DNA of 64,000 nt, from NCBI GenBank assembly GCA_000002435.2, contig CM018790.1; one strand, given 5' to 3'. Below the pieces are notes generated by a model. The model was not told where the DNA came from. It was given only the letters and a program-made list of their open reading frames with translations, and ran no database searches. This DNA is from Giardia intestinalis. Lineage: Eukaryota. The number at the start of each line of letters is the position of its first letter. Position 1 is the stretch's first letter. The position numbers were made by a program, and so were the translations under genes. This document shows, in pieces, positions 8,954 through 20,125 of the stretch.

Positions 8954-11900
8954 ATGACCTTTTGTTCTCATGGAGCTGTAGGGTTTCCCGTATGTGGTTC
9001 CTGTTTGATTGAGTCTATCCAAGACGGGCGGCCTTCTGCAATGCTGTATGGAATGTTAGCCAACGTTGAAAAAGAGATCAACCGATTCAGCGAACAGTGC
9101 CCTGTTTCTGAGCTACCACATACCATTCAGAAACTGTGTGACGTTATGTGCTATATTACAGCTGATATTTCACGCACCTACGGTCTGCGATTTCTATTTT
9201 ACGTGCGTGGCTATATTTCATTTGATTGTCTTTTGAAGGTACTGAACATGCTGGCTGAGCGAGTAGAAGTAGACCCTGATACTTGGGCTGTTACCCTATT
9301 AATTATTTTCTGCTTGGCACTACCGTGTAAGAATGCAACGGCCAAAGATCCAGCAGAGACATCAGTCGCCGGCCTTCTTCATGGCCTCCCTCAGTACATC
9401 AGAATGCTAAGAGTTTACATCGAAACCGGTGGCAAGGAGATGTTGATTGGAGCTCTACTGCTCGTTTACACCCTCGCTCTTCGTCTCTCAATTGCATTGC
9501 TAGGAAATCACAACCTGATCGTAGGTCATGAAGACGCACTGCGGCAGTTCCACAGAAAGATCCAGGAGTGCATCAAGTTATGTGAGGGGTTAGCGGTTGC
9601 TGATAGAATTGCAACCCAGGATACAACCCTTGCGTTGCTTTGTCAAGAGGCTATATTTTCCATTATCCCGCTAAGAGGAGGAGATAGAAAGAAAAAGGGA
9701 GCAAACAATAGATATCTTCAGGGACAGGTTGCTAAGGTCGATAAACCTGACGTGGAACCAGACTATAGGCGGATGTTAGCATCATTGACCGCGTGCTTCT
9801 CCACATCCTGTTTGGATGCGATAGATTTTAGTGGTGTCTGTTATACATCAACCGGCAATGCTGTGCATACCATCTATAGTTGTCTAGAGCCAATTTTATC
9901 TGAGGCCCGCGAAGGGTTTGGGATATTGCAGCAAACAGTTGAGCAATGTAACGTTAGTACACTGATTAACTTGTTTTTTCAATGTCAACTGCATGGAACC
10001 GTGACAAAGGCGGCAGTCCTCAAATTGCTGTCTGGGATAGTCGCCACATATGGTGTACAACAGTCTGGAGCCTTTTTCAATTCTACCCCTGCCTTCCTCA
10101 GAGATGCCTTCTTGATAGAACTCAATACCATGGTGAAACTAAAACTACTTCAGGAGGATACTGCATCGGCGTCTGTTGTTGTATCTGGCATTATATCTTC
10201 AAAAACCAGTTATTCTGCGTACTCTGCATGTATTGATTACTTGAACGAAGCTGTCGAACATCCCCTCACCCACGGTACAGCGGAGTTGCTGTCTCTGCCC
10301 ATCATTGTCAGTCGTGATGACTTCCCCTGTTTTGTCTCTAAAATCAAGTCTGGCCCAGACGATTCTGCAAACCAATTCATATGCAATACAAAAAGCATAC
10401 TCATTATGCGCCATATAAGTAGCAAGCTAAAGCAGGGGCGCGTTGCATCGGTAAGCACCCTAGTAGACCTCCTGGTTACATATTGTTCCGGCACGTCTCT
10501 ATTTGATGCTACAGCATGGAGAGAACTAAACGAGATAATTGAAGAAATGCTTGTATTAAAATTAGAACCAGAAGATTGGTATCGCCTATTTCAGCTTCTT
10601 TCCCCTTTATTACACATATTATTTGAGTCAGAAGCAAATGAGGAAGACATAAGGGATCAGGAAATACAGATTCTGAAGACTCAAGTGCTCGACCATTTGA
10701 TGAAGCTAACAGCACAATATTGGGGACTAAAGGACTGTCCATCCATAGCCCTCCTCGCCACTGCTATCGATAGTCTTAAGCTTTACGGGCGCGGAGCCCT
10801 TAATTCTATGGACAGCGTGCTATTCTGGATAGTTCTGTCGCACTTGGTCCAGAATAAGAAGCCATTCGACATCGTTGGAACCGTGAGCTTTATTCTTACC
10901 AGGCTTGATTTTTTACAAGAGGAACCAGACGGTGCTGCTACAGCCCAGCGATACCTTGCTGTTTTAATAGCAATCTATCTAGGTCAATCAGAAGAATATA
11001 GAACAGCTGAGACGGGAAGAAACCTTTATTCCCAGATATGGCGTCACCTTGCTCGCACTACAGGGCATTTATCATCCTGTTCGTGTGAAGAGGAAATGTT
11101 TTTGGTGTATGCATTGAAGAGTCGCGGTCTTCTTGTACAACGAGAGGAGAGTACACGCCAGAGAGTACAGCTAGTGTGTGCTTGGCTTGCAAGAAAGAAG
11201 CAGGTCAGACAGCAGCTTGGTCCGTCTCTCACAGTTCAGCTCTCCTTTCTTGATACGGCACAGAACTATCGTGAGGTGTATCCAGTCATGGATATTGTCT
11301 TCAATAGATACAAACCTGAAGAGTACCTTACAGATCTCTGCACTCTCCCTCCAATCGATGCTAAAGGCCTTTGTAACATTATAGGGCTATCAAGCATTAG
11401 TCCGGGCTTTTCCACAGTGTTTGCAGAATTGCTATTGTGCAAACTCTGCTGCGATCGTCTCCAGGATGCCGGTGTCATCAGAGGGACGGGCAGCGGCTCT
11501 AATTCTTTGCAAAGGACAGAGCCGTCACAGGCAGCGATGGACGCGCTTGAGCGTCTTTTTAAGCGTACGAGATCCAAGCAAACAACGAGTACTCTTCTGG
11601 GTATCCTACTTGTGTGCATGCATCTGTTAGACATCGACATTTCTGGCCAAAGTCGAACGATCATTGAAGCCATGCTACCAGCCAGAGAAGTGGATGGACC
11701 AATAGACCATGAAGTCTCCTGGTTGTACGCAGCTCTAACTCTGCTACTGTGCATAAAGACTTCGCAGGACAATTTTTCTACAGGGATGCTATCACATATT
11801 TCGGGAGAGCATGGTCCCAGCAGAAGCGATGAGGATCCTATTGTTATTTTGCTGGCCATCATGTGTCACCTCAGACACCCAATAACCATAGAGTCTGCTT

Positions 11901-12250
11901 GCAAGATTGGGGTGGCGATGGGAACGCTATCAATTCACATGTACAGATGGCACCATGCAACTCCAGGATATGTGGCTGAATATCTTCGCGAGATAGAGGG
12001 TAATATCGCTCACAATCATGCTGTAAAGGCTATGATTGACCAAGGCTTTGTCTTTTGCCCTGGTGAAACTGCTAGAAAATTCACCAAATTAGAAGAGAAA
12101 CTATCATGGAACGCTGTTATCAAAGGGAGCAACGAAACAGGGTGTCTTTCAGTGGCAAAACGATTACTCTTCCTTACGTTGACAAGGCAACTATGTGATA
12201 AATCGAAGGCGGTGACCATCGAGAAGCCTATTGCATCGTCGCCCGCTTGA
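8954..12250 (+). CDS. Large hypothetical protein (~1099 aa), no recognisable domain
   Basis: Long uninterrupted ORF in a ~47% GC background. The ORF-caller start at 8948 is TTG; the first ATG is at 8954. Confidence 0.7.
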   Translation: MTFCSHGAVGFPVCGSCLIESIQDGRPSAMLYGMLANVEKEINRFSEQCPVSELPHTIQKLCDVMCYITADISRTYGLRFLFYVRGYISFDCLLKVLNMLAERVEVDPDTWAVTLLIIFCLALPCKNATAKDPAETSVAGLLHGLPQYIRMLRVYIETGGKEMLIGALLLVYTLALRLSIALLGNHNLIVGHEDALRQFHRKIQECIKLCEGLAVADRIATQDTTLALLCQEAIFSIIPLRGGDRKKKGANNRYLQGQVAKVDKPDVEPDYRRMLASLTACFSTSCLDAIDFSGVCYTSTGNAVHTIYSCLEPILSEAREGFGILQQTVEQCNVSTLINLFFQCQLHGTVTKAAVLKLLSGIVATYGVQQSGAFFNSTPAFLRDAFLIELNTMVKLKLLQEDTASASVVVSGIISSKTSYSAYSACIDYLNEAVEHPLTHGTAELLSLPIIVSRDDFPCFVSKIKSGPDDSANQFICNTKSILIMRHISSKLKQGRVASVSTLVDLLVTYCSGTSLFDATAWRELNEIIEEMLVLKLEPEDWYRLFQLLSPLLHILFESEANEEDIRDQEIQILKTQVLDHLMKLTAQYWGLKDCPSIALLATAIDSLKLYGRGALNSMDSVLFWIVLSHLVQNKKPFDIVGTVSFILTRLDFLQEEPDGAATAQRYLAVLIAIYLGQSEEYRTAETGRNLYSQIWRHLARTTGHLSSCSCEEEMFLVYALKSRGLLVQREESTRQRVQLVCAWLARKKQVRQQLGPSLTVQLSFLDTAQNYREVYPVMDIVFNRYKPEEYLTDLCTLPPIDAKGLCNIIGLSSISPGFSTVFAELLLCKLCCDRLQDAGVIRGTGSGSNSLQRTEPSQAAMDALERLFKRTRSKQTTSTLLGILLVCMHLLDIDISGQSRTIIEAMLPAREVDGPIDHEVSWLYAALTLLLCIKTSQDNFSTGMLSHISGEHGPSRSDEDPIVILLAIMCHLRHPITIESACKIGVAMGTLSIHMYRWHHATPGYVAEYLREIEGNIAHNHAVKAMIDQGFVFCPGETARKFTKLEEKLSWNAVIKGSNETGCLSVAKRLLFLTLTRQLCDKSKAVTIEKPIASSPA

Positions 12251-13247
12251 GCTTGGACAGAGTCTCTATAAGGCTCTCGCTGACGGTCTGCTTGGATTGG
12301 GGGAGTTCTCCCTCTAAAATGGCTTGAAGAGAAATAGATCTTAGGTGGGGAGGGATCGTGATGAGGCTAACCTGCGCCAACCGCTGAAACTTATGGATTT
12401 GTTCGTCGAATCGTCGCTTTATCCGCTTTTTAATAGTGACAAACTCCCCGTTAATGAGATCCTTCAGAGCTTCAAACTGCCGCTCCCTACTCATCTGGTT
12501 GTGTCCCTCCAAACCAAGTGCAGTTGTATTGCCTGAAGAGGCCTGCCAGGAGAGGGTCTCTGTTTGCATTCCTGAGAAATTAAAGTTGGGTTTCTGCAGA
12601 CTCTCTGTTGTCTTTATGGCCGCAGAGTCAGCATATGTTTGAGACATGACAGACGATTCATTAATCGGCGGTACCTGCTGCATGCTCGGTGTACCGACAG
12701 AGGCACTACTTGCGTCCAAGACGTGAAACAGGCTGTCATTTCCTGGTTTGTCCTCTTGTTGAAGGGCCTCTGTCTGCTGCTGCACCCCTGAGGTCTCGCT
12801 GACCATAGGAACAGGAAGACCCGAGACCTTGATATGGTCCTGAAAGCGGCTCTGTGGCAGAGATGGTGACACCATTATCGCCACCTTTCCAGCGAACTGG
12901 ACGTATGGAACGTCTGGCTCATCGTTCTTGGGCGGCACGTGGATTACAGGCGTTTTAACCTGCTCTTCATTGTCGTCAGTAGAGGCCCGCGGACCTAGCC
13001 CATTGGGAGTCTCGGATGCTGCAGGTGCAGTAGCAGCTTGGGGCAGGATTGGGGTGAGCTGCGGAGTCTGTACCTGAGAAGAGTTATCTCTCTTATCAAG
13101 CCATGCTATCAACTCCTCATAAAGCTCATCGTTACGAGAATTTGCCCGTATTCCAGCCATTCTGGCGAAGCCTTGGAGTTCCCGTCGCTTGTACTCCTTG
13201 TTTATTAATTTCTCTCGTTCTGGGATACCTTCCTGTTGTTCGTCCAT
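12228..13247 (-). CDS. Hypothetical protein (339 aa); weak SAP/HeH-like motif at the N-terminus
   Basis: ATG at complement(13245..13247). The N-terminus KEYKRRELQGFARMAGIRANSRNDELYEELIAWL resembles a helix-extension-helix motif; this is a weak inference. The 3' end overlaps the preceding gene by 23 nt (convergent). Confidence 0.6.
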   Translation of the reverse strand: MDEQQEGIPEREKLINKEYKRRELQGFARMAGIRANSRNDELYEELIAWLDKRDNSSQVQTPQLTPILPQAATAPAASETPNGLGPRASTDDNEEQVKTPVIHVPPKNDEPDVPYVQFAGKVAIMVSPSLPQSRFQDHIKVSGLPVPMVSETSGVQQQTEALQQEDKPGNDSLFHVLDASSASVGTPSMQQVPPINESSVMSQTYADSAAIKTTESLQKPNFNFSGMQTETLSWQASSGNTTALGLEGHNQMSRERQFEALKDLINGEFVTIKKRIKRRFDEQIHKFQRLAQVSLITIPPHLRSISLQAILEGELPQSKQTVSESLIETLSKLKRATMQ

Positions 13248-13342
13248 CTACCAATCTGTAGTTTCGTGCTCCTTTATTGTTTTGAGCTAAACCTACTGCA
13301 ATTAGTTTTTTCCATTTTTGAAATAAAACTCTCAACACTTCA

Positions 13343-14611
13343 ATGGCATCCATTATCTCCACTGCACACAATAGCAGTGTCGGCAGACTCGATAGAGGAA
13401 TAAGCAGATCGTCCTCCTTTAAGTGTTCTAGCTACGTCTCGGAGAGAAGCGACTCTCACTTTAGTGAAACTATGGGCTCGATTCTTGGTTATATAGATGA
13501 CCCTGATGTGATCAACCTAGAGTCGACAAAGATGGCAACCCCGGTTACGTGTGTTGGTTCTCAGTTTCTTTTGCTATCCGACACACTTTTTTCATATGGA
13601 GGCGGCGAAAAGGCGTCTTCCACATATTATACCTATACAGGCTATGGGTCTGTCCTCAACGTGGGCTCTATACGGGGGAGCCCTATGACCATGCACGCTG
13701 CTGTTGCGTATGGAATTTACTATCTTTGCCACGGAGGATGCAGTGACTTGCGTACCTTCAGAAAAACCCTTTTATCTCCCCACAAGATGATGATTATTAA
13801 TTCTGTTACTCTTTCTGCGTACAAGAAGAAGATAAGTGGGGATGTTCCCTCTGCGCGCTTGTCGCACAAGATGTATCTTATCAAGCCTCACACGGTCTTT
13901 CTGGCAGGCGGGCTGGGGGCTAGTGGCTTCTGCAAAGATTGCTTCTTCATAAACCTTCTAACCATGGAGAGCGTCTACGCAGGAGACCTTCCCCTTCCTC
14001 TGGGGAACTTTAGTATTGTTGAGTGCAACTCCCAGGTTTACTTGATCGGGGGCCAGACAGATGGCTTTATTGTCTTCCCGGTGTTCTATAAAATATCATT
14101 TACAGACAAGCGGGAGCAAACTGATAGAACGGACGCAGGTCCGCCTTTTAATACAGCAGATGGCACTCCACCAACAAGTGACGCTCATGCTGCTGCTAAC
14201 AATAGAGAGACTAAGACACCCTTTTACACCAACAACTGGCGTGAACACAAGACAGAAAAGGCCCGAGAGCAAACCTCTGACAGCCCTCCCGTCCACGTCT
14301 CCTTTGAAAAACTTCCAGATCCACCATTCTTACCTAGAAGGGGGCATACGTGTGTTTCGATCGGTAAGTACATCCTGCTCTTCGGGGGCACAACCGGTAC
14401 CCGCTATTTCAATGACTTCTGGCTTTACGACAGTGTCTCGATGCAGTGGCGGGAAATCAACATTTATGGCGACCCTCCTAGCAAGCGCTACGGGGCCATG
14501 ATGGGCTTTCTCGACACAAGCATTATCGTTGCTGGCGGATCCAACGGCATCATGCAGCTCCACGACGCTTTCTACATCAACGCTACTGACCTGATAAATC
14601 AGAAGGCGTGA
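13343..14611 (+). CDS. Kelch-repeat (beta-propeller) protein
   Basis: Repeated Kelch-like units with GG doublets and W/Y spacing, e.g. YLIGGQTDGF and HTCVSIGKYILLFGGTTGTRYFNDFWLYDSVSMQWREI...AMMGFLDTSIIVAGGSNG. ATG at 13343. Confidence 0.7.
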   Translation: MASIISTAHNSSVGRLDRGISRSSSFKCSSYVSERSDSHFSETMGSILGYIDDPDVINLESTKMATPVTCVGSQFLLLSDTLFSYGGGEKASSTYYTYTGYGSVLNVGSIRGSPMTMHAAVAYGIYYLCHGGCSDLRTFRKTLLSPHKMMIINSVTLSAYKKKISGDVPSARLSHKMYLIKPHTVFLAGGLGASGFCKDCFFINLLTMESVYAGDLPLPLGNFSIVECNSQVYLIGGQTDGFIVFPVFYKISFTDKREQTDRTDAGPPFNTADGTPPTSDAHAAANNRETKTPFYTNNWREHKTEKAREQTSDSPPVHVSFEKLPDPPFLPRRGHTCVSIGKYILLFGGTTGTRYFNDFWLYDSVSMQWREINIYGDPPSKRYGAMMGFLDTSIIVAGGSNGIMQLHDAFYINATDLINQKA

Positions 14612-14655
14612 ACCACGTGCATTCCTTTTACTCCACGACTCAGGTCGCTGCACTG

Positions 14656-16299
14656 CTATATCTTTACTTTGCGAGTCGTCTGCTCTCGTGGCGCAGTCTC
14701 TGTCTCATTGTCTGATGTGCCTAGGTTGCCGTACTTGCTTATGTGGTCATTAACATCTTTATCGCCTCCCTTTCTCCGTGCATCGAGTGCTGCGCTTACA
14801 GCTGCCGCCTTCGCCGCTGCTTTCGCCGCTTCACGCTCCATGTTCTTGTACAGGCTAATGCCGGGTACATCGACTCGAGGAACCTCAGTAAGCCCAAAGC
14901 TCCGACCCAGGCACTCTAGGTCTATCTTATTGACGTTAAAGACTTTCTTTAGATGGTGAGAGGCGTATGCAGAGATGAAGGACCTGTACGCATTTTGGGC
15001 CTTCCGTCTTAGATAGTATATTGTAGCAATGAGGTTTTCCATCTCTGCCTGTACATTTATTATCTTGTCTGCTGGGAACTCAAATTCAAACAAAGACACG
15101 TTGTGAGCCTTCAAGAAACTGATGAACTTTGTCTCGTGGCTCATTAAAAAGAGAAGGCCAACACCCTTTTTGCCTGTGTCCCCCCTGCAGGCGCGGCCAG
15201 CCCTATGTATGTACGACTCCACAGACTCGGGCGGGTCGAACTGAATGACGTAGTCTATGGCAGGAAGGTCCAGCCCCCGCGCTGCCACATTGGTCGCCAG
15301 AAGCACACCACTCTGTGCGTTGCAGAATTTGTTATAAGTCTCCATCCGTTGCTTCTGCTTCATACCTCCGTCCAGCATCAGTATGCTGGCCATCCCAATA
15401 AACCGTAGGAATTCATAGTAGAACTCTACGCTATCTCTGCTGCTGAGGAATACTATTATCTTCTTATCCGACCGCCGCTTCATGAATGTGTATAGAAGGA
15501 GGAAGCGCTGCTCCGGCGGACAGATGATGTATCCCTGCTCGAAGTGGGCCCGCGTAGCAGCAGAGCTCTTGACGTCTGTGTTGATGCGTATGAGAGTCTC
15601 TTTGTCAACTTCCATGTGAGGTACCTCTAGACACTTGTCGCTCATCGTGGCACTAAAGAAGCAAACCTGACGCAACTTGGGGCCCGGAAGCATGCGTAGT
15701 ATCGCCTCTAGTTCTTGCTGGAAGCCATACTCGAGGAGCATGTCGGCCTCGTCCAGTATCAGCATGAAAAGCTTGTCGGTCTTGAATCCAGGGGTGTTGT
15801 TCAAGTGGTCACACAGCCGCCCTGGGGTTGCGATTACGACGCTTGCTCCTTTGCACAGGTGATTTGCCTCCTTCTGTCGCGACGTTCCGCCTATGGCTAG
15901 ACCCACAGTGATGTTTGTTGCGCTGATCAGCTGCGTGGCGACATTGTACAGCTGCAATGCAAGCTCTCGCGTCGGGGTCAGAACGATGACGCCCGTGCCG
16001 TGATGGAGCTTCATGTTGGCTTTGTGGATAAGGTCTATGGCTGGCAATAGAAAGGCCAGAGATTTTCCCGAGCCTGTGTGTGCCTTGGCAGTCATGTTCC
16101 TTCCGCTCAGGATTACAGGGATCGATGCCTCCTGTATCCTTGTCATGTTCTTGTGACCCATTGCATCGACAGCCTCCAGCAGGAACGGCGACAGGCTGGT
16201 CTCAGAAAATGGCGTTTCTGTCATTATCTCCTGGTACTTTGCGTTCTCTGTGTCACCGCCCTCAGCGGACTCCGGCGCATTTGGTGCCGAGGCAGGCAT
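14656..16299 (-). CDS. DEAD-box ATP-dependent RNA helicase (nucleolar Has1/Dbp4-like with DUF4217-type C-terminal domain)
   Basis: Q-motif, AHTGSGKSLAFLLP (I), PTRELA (Ia), DEAD (II), SAT (III) and HRAGRACRG (VI). The C-terminal ...YYLRRKAQNAYRSFISAYASH... is typical of the DDX18/DDX10 group. Confidence 0.9.
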   Translation of the reverse strand: MPASAPNAPESAEGGDTENAKYQEIMTETPFSETSLSPFLLEAVDAMGHKNMTRIQEASIPVILSGRNMTAKAHTGSGKSLAFLLPAIDLIHKANMKLHHGTGVIVLTPTRELALQLYNVATQLISATNITVGLAIGGTSRQKEANHLCKGASVVIATPGRLCDHLNNTPGFKTDKLFMLILDEADMLLEYGFQQELEAILRMLPGPKLRQVCFFSATMSDKCLEVPHMEVDKETLIRINTDVKSSAATRAHFEQGYIICPPEQRFLLLYTFMKRRSDKKIIVFLSSRDSVEFYYEFLRFIGMASILMLDGGMKQKQRMETYNKFCNAQSGVLLATNVAARGLDLPAIDYVIQFDPPESVESYIHRAGRACRGDTGKKGVGLLFLMSHETKFISFLKAHNVSLFEFEFPADKIINVQAEMENLIATIYYLRRKAQNAYRSFISAYASHHLKKVFNVNKIDLECLGRSFGLTEVPRVDVPGISLYKNMEREAAKAAAKAAAVSAALDARRKGGDKDVNDHISKYGNLGTSDNETETAPREQTTRKVKI

Positions 16300-16440
16300 A
16301 GATTACAATTAATTCGCTCGCCCTTTCTACATAATTATTGCCATTATTACCATTAACAATAGACTTTTAATTGAAATGTCCAGTAAGTGGCTAGTTTACG
16401 GCTGCTATTATATTACACACACTCCTAGAGATCTTTAAAA

Positions 16441-19400
16441 ATGGGTGTTACAGCCTTTGCTACGGCATTTTTTCCTGGTTTAACACTCACACAGCTGGCA
16501 CTATTGGCCTCAATGATTGTTGAGGGCCAGCCTGCTTCCAAATATCTTGAGCTGCTCACCCCTCAACTTGTTAGTTATTCTGTGGTTGTTGCAGTCCCAT
16601 GTATTCTAGGTATATTTCTCTTTGTCTTCTTGCTGTACATCCTTTTCGCCAGGCTATGTGGATGCGGTTCAAAGAGATGTAGAATTTGTCTTAGATGTAA
16701 TTCTTGCTGTTATGTTGTTCAGATAATTTCATGCATCGTAGGCCTTGCGGGATGCGTCGGTTTGATAATCGCGAGCACACAACCTCTTATCGGTTTCACA
16801 AATGCGTCCAAGGAGTTGCAAACGCTTACTGAAAGACTAGATGTCACCACCAAGGGTGCAGTGTCTGCTGGTGACAGCATACTAGACGCGCTCCTGATCT
16901 TCTCAAATGGCACAGAGCTGGGCTCCCCCGTCAGCAAGATGCTCGGCATGGATAGTCAACAATTGCCTGCCTACATAACTGATATCTCAACCCACACACT
17001 AATAGGACCACTCTACAAGGCAGTGGCTGCATCTGACAACAGCTTCGCTTCTAGTATCTCCTCTCTCCTCGATCCAAGTTGCAACGAGGCCTACAAGAGC
17101 ATCGATCTTGTTGAGGACTTTGCGAGCAATGCGAATATTAGATTGCAATTGATAGGATTGGAGGATAAACAAAAGGCAGTGATTGATGACCTGCAGACTA
17201 GAAAAGCTTATTCATACTTTGAAAATACAAGTAGTGCAAACAACGTCGATGACGTAAAGATCACTACATCATCTCTTGCTCACTTAAACCGAAAGTCCAT
17301 CGTTGGTGGGGCCGTCTATGCAATAAATAGCGTCGTCATGGGGGTTAATAATTCTCTGGAGCCTAAGACAAAAGCTGCTCCAGATCTTGCAGCGCAGTGG
17401 AAAGCAATAATAGAAGAGGCAAGCAAACAAGTCTTTTCGTCAGTTGAAGCTTATAATAAGTATAAATCTTCTCAAGATAGCCCTATTCCGCGGACAGATC
17501 TTAAGTTACCCGCATCACGCAGCGCAGCTGACATTATTGGTTTCATAAAAACTCATCTTGACAAGCTAGGCAATGACGAGGATAACAGGAAGCTGATTAG
17601 GGCCATTCTTGAGACTTTTACCGCTGGACAAGCAACAATTGGATCGTTCATTAAGACTCTCTGTGCTTCCGATCTCAAAAGCAAGTTCACTACTCTTTGC
17701 AGTGGGATAACAAGCAGTTCAACAGACACAGATATATCTTCCAGGCTCAACAGCTTGATAATCCCAACCGACAGCTTCACTGGTGCTCTTAAGGACCTCT
17801 TTGATGATCTCAGTGGGCTCCTTCCGTATCTGGACTATGTGCAGGAGCTGCAGTTACACAGGAAGGAACTAGAGCCCCAGTATGTCTTTGACGCCTTCGT
17901 TAACAACAGGACATGCCCGTACTTCATTTCTGGCCTCGCCCCACTACTGCATCCGGGGACAACAATAACCACTTGCACGCCAGAATTCATGGAGAAGCTT
18001 CCCTCTTGGGCAAAGAGCTACACTACCCTGACGCTTGCCTTTCCCTTAGCGACGGCCTTCATGCTTCTCTTTCCTCTAGCGAGCTTCACCCTGGGACTCT
18101 TGGGAGCATTTTGCAAGAAGAAGAGTCTGCTCACATGGGCCTTGATTTGCAACGCCTCTAGCATTCTCTGTGTGGTCATTCTTCTTGCCATCTTTGGCCT
18201 TCTTGCTGCGATCATCGGCAAGGTGCTTGTTGTCCAGGCATCTGCCCTCTTCAACAATCCAGAAACGTACATGGACGCAAACTACCCCCAGATTATGTCC
18301 ATTATTAATGCATCAATTCCAGAAGAGTACAGGAAGGTCTTTGTAAGCAACGTCTCCATAGATCTTTTATGCAACTCAGAGAATCAAGGGAATGTCTTCC
18401 CCACGCTTGCGTACACAACACCTAGCTGTATCCCCATAGATTGGAGCACCTATGCAGCACTCAAGGGCACGGGAAAGGGCGATGTGTGCACATCTTCATT
18501 GGGTGCTGTTGCCGATGCCGCTACTAAACTGTCATTACCCACAGACGATCCTCTTCGTTCTGCTGGCCTATCCTTTCCCTTGAATTTCTCTACACTTTCT
18601 CTAACCAATCTGATCTACTATAATAAGAAGACTCACAATAACAACCTGTTTCAACTCATAGGGCTTCCTGAGTTTTATCCACAGCTGAAGGAGTTGCTTC
18701 CAAACGCAGCCACGGCTCTTCTAACCCTGGGATCCGTTTTTGTTAACGGTGCAGAGGAGGTGATGGTCAGCACTATGGCTCCTGTTATTAAAGGCATTAG
18801 TGACTCTCTCAATAAAGCTGAGCTAAAGAAGATTAACTTATTCCTGCAAGCAAAGGATGGCTACGCCTTATATGCTGCAAACTATTCAAGTGAAGATATG
18901 AGGAGTGCACTCTACGGGTCCTCTGTGTCTTCTGAGCTATTTGACATTTATAAGGCATGCATTACATATGTGGAGAGCTACACAGGAGAACAGAAGCCGA
19001 ACGCACTCTCACTGCAAGAGGCCGTAGCTTCCGTGCGGGGACTCAGTGGGATCAAGGGGGAGTGCATTGCTCTCGCGCAGCTGCTACGTGGTGTAGCATT
19101 TGCAGCGGGCTGCGAGCTCACAACCTTTGATCAGACAATAAAATATACTATGGCCTTCAGTTTGGACGCATTGTGTGCAAAGGATGGTATTGCAGATTTT
19201 ATGAAGAGCTTGCGTACAGCACTAAATGCACTTAAAGCATCCTGCTCTGGTTATACTGGTGTTCTTACCAAAGTACTAAATAAGACCATGGAAGCAGAGG
19301 ATATTAGGCCGGGGTGTCAGAAGGGGAATACAAACGGCAATAGCCTAACAAATGAGAAAATTATCAGAACGTATCCGGCGTTCGCGGAGGCCATGATGGC

Positions 19401-20028
19401 CCTTCTTCCTCGCGGGCTCACTGTATTTGGATGGAACGCATCTATAACAAATGACGATGCATTTACCCTTATTCTTGATACTACACGGGCATACCAGAGG
19501 TTCACCGATGTATTTACTGGGTGGCAAGCATTCAACACAGACACGGTGACCTTTATCAGTGCATACTCTGACCTGATCTCTGCAATTTTGTCCCCAATCA
19601 CCATATTCTCTGACATACTCGAAACCAACATTATTGCGACCAGTCACACAGGCAGACTCACTCCTGGGTTTTCGCCTTGCTTCGACACAACTGTCTTGGC
19701 GTCCCTCCGTGCACTCATCAATGATACTATGCTGGTCCCTGTCAGCAGGGCTGTTGCAGCTTCCCTAGACGCAGCCGTGGGAGACAAGGGACTGATTACG
19801 CCATACACCTGGGAGGCTGTCTTTATTCTGTTCGATAAGCTTCTCTTCGGGGTCGGGATGCTGGAGAGCTTTGGAGCTGTCTTCCTGTGTCTGTACTTCA
19901 TCTGGGCAGGGTTCTTCTTCGCGGTCTTCGGCCAGAACAACTCCTGGATCTTTCTTTCTCACACAAGCGTAGGGCCGGCCGATGATAACAGCGAAAGGGT
20001 GCGACTTATGCCCAGCGCCTCACCCTAG
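16441..20028 (+). CDS. Large multi-pass membrane protein (1195 aa), hypothetical
   Basis: ATG at 16441 after the AT-rich gatctttaaaaATG. Hydrophobic helices lie at the N-terminus, around residues 520-600 and at the extreme C-terminus. No recognisable domain. Confidence 0.7.
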   Translation: MGVTAFATAFFPGLTLTQLALLASMIVEGQPASKYLELLTPQLVSYSVVVAVPCILGIFLFVFLLYILFARLCGCGSKRCRICLRCNSCCYVVQIISCIVGLAGCVGLIIASTQPLIGFTNASKELQTLTERLDVTTKGAVSAGDSILDALLIFSNGTELGSPVSKMLGMDSQQLPAYITDISTHTLIGPLYKAVAASDNSFASSISSLLDPSCNEAYKSIDLVEDFASNANIRLQLIGLEDKQKAVIDDLQTRKAYSYFENTSSANNVDDVKITTSSLAHLNRKSIVGGAVYAINSVVMGVNNSLEPKTKAAPDLAAQWKAIIEEASKQVFSSVEAYNKYKSSQDSPIPRTDLKLPASRSAADIIGFIKTHLDKLGNDEDNRKLIRAILETFTAGQATIGSFIKTLCASDLKSKFTTLCSGITSSSTDTDISSRLNSLIIPTDSFTGALKDLFDDLSGLLPYLDYVQELQLHRKELEPQYVFDAFVNNRTCPYFISGLAPLLHPGTTITTCTPEFMEKLPSWAKSYTTLTLAFPLATAFMLLFPLASFTLGLLGAFCKKKSLLTWALICNASSILCVVILLAIFGLLAAIIGKVLVVQASALFNNPETYMDANYPQIMSIINASIPEEYRKVFVSNVSIDLLCNSENQGNVFPTLAYTTPSCIPIDWSTYAALKGTGKGDVCTSSLGAVADAATKLSLPTDDPLRSAGLSFPLNFSTLSLTNLIYYNKKTHNNNLFQLIGLPEFYPQLKELLPNAATALLTLGSVFVNGAEEVMVSTMAPVIKGISDSLNKAELKKINLFLQAKDGYALYAANYSSEDMRSALYGSSVSSELFDIYKACITYVESYTGEQKPNALSLQEAVASVRGLSGIKGECIALAQLLRGVAFAAGCELTTFDQTIKYTMAFSLDALCAKDGIADFMKSLRTALNALKASCSGYTGVLTKVLNKTMEAEDIRPGCQKGNTNGNSLTNEKIIRTYPAFAEAMMALLPRGLTVFGWNASITNDDAFTLILDTTRAYQRFTDVFTGWQAFNTDTVTFISAYSDLISAILSPITIFSDILETNIIATSHTGRLTPGFSPCFDTTVLASLRALINDTMLVPVSRAVAASLDAAVGDKGLITPYTWEAVFILFDKLLFGVGMLESFGAVFLCLYFIWAGFFFAVFGQNNSWIFLSHTSVGPADDNSERVRLMPSASP

Positions 20029-20125
20029 CTTCATTACCCCTGATAGTTACCGCAATTCTTTCGCAGTGTAAATATTGTTCATATCAAATTAATCGAATGC
20101 TTTTTAAAAGACATTAACCTGTGTT

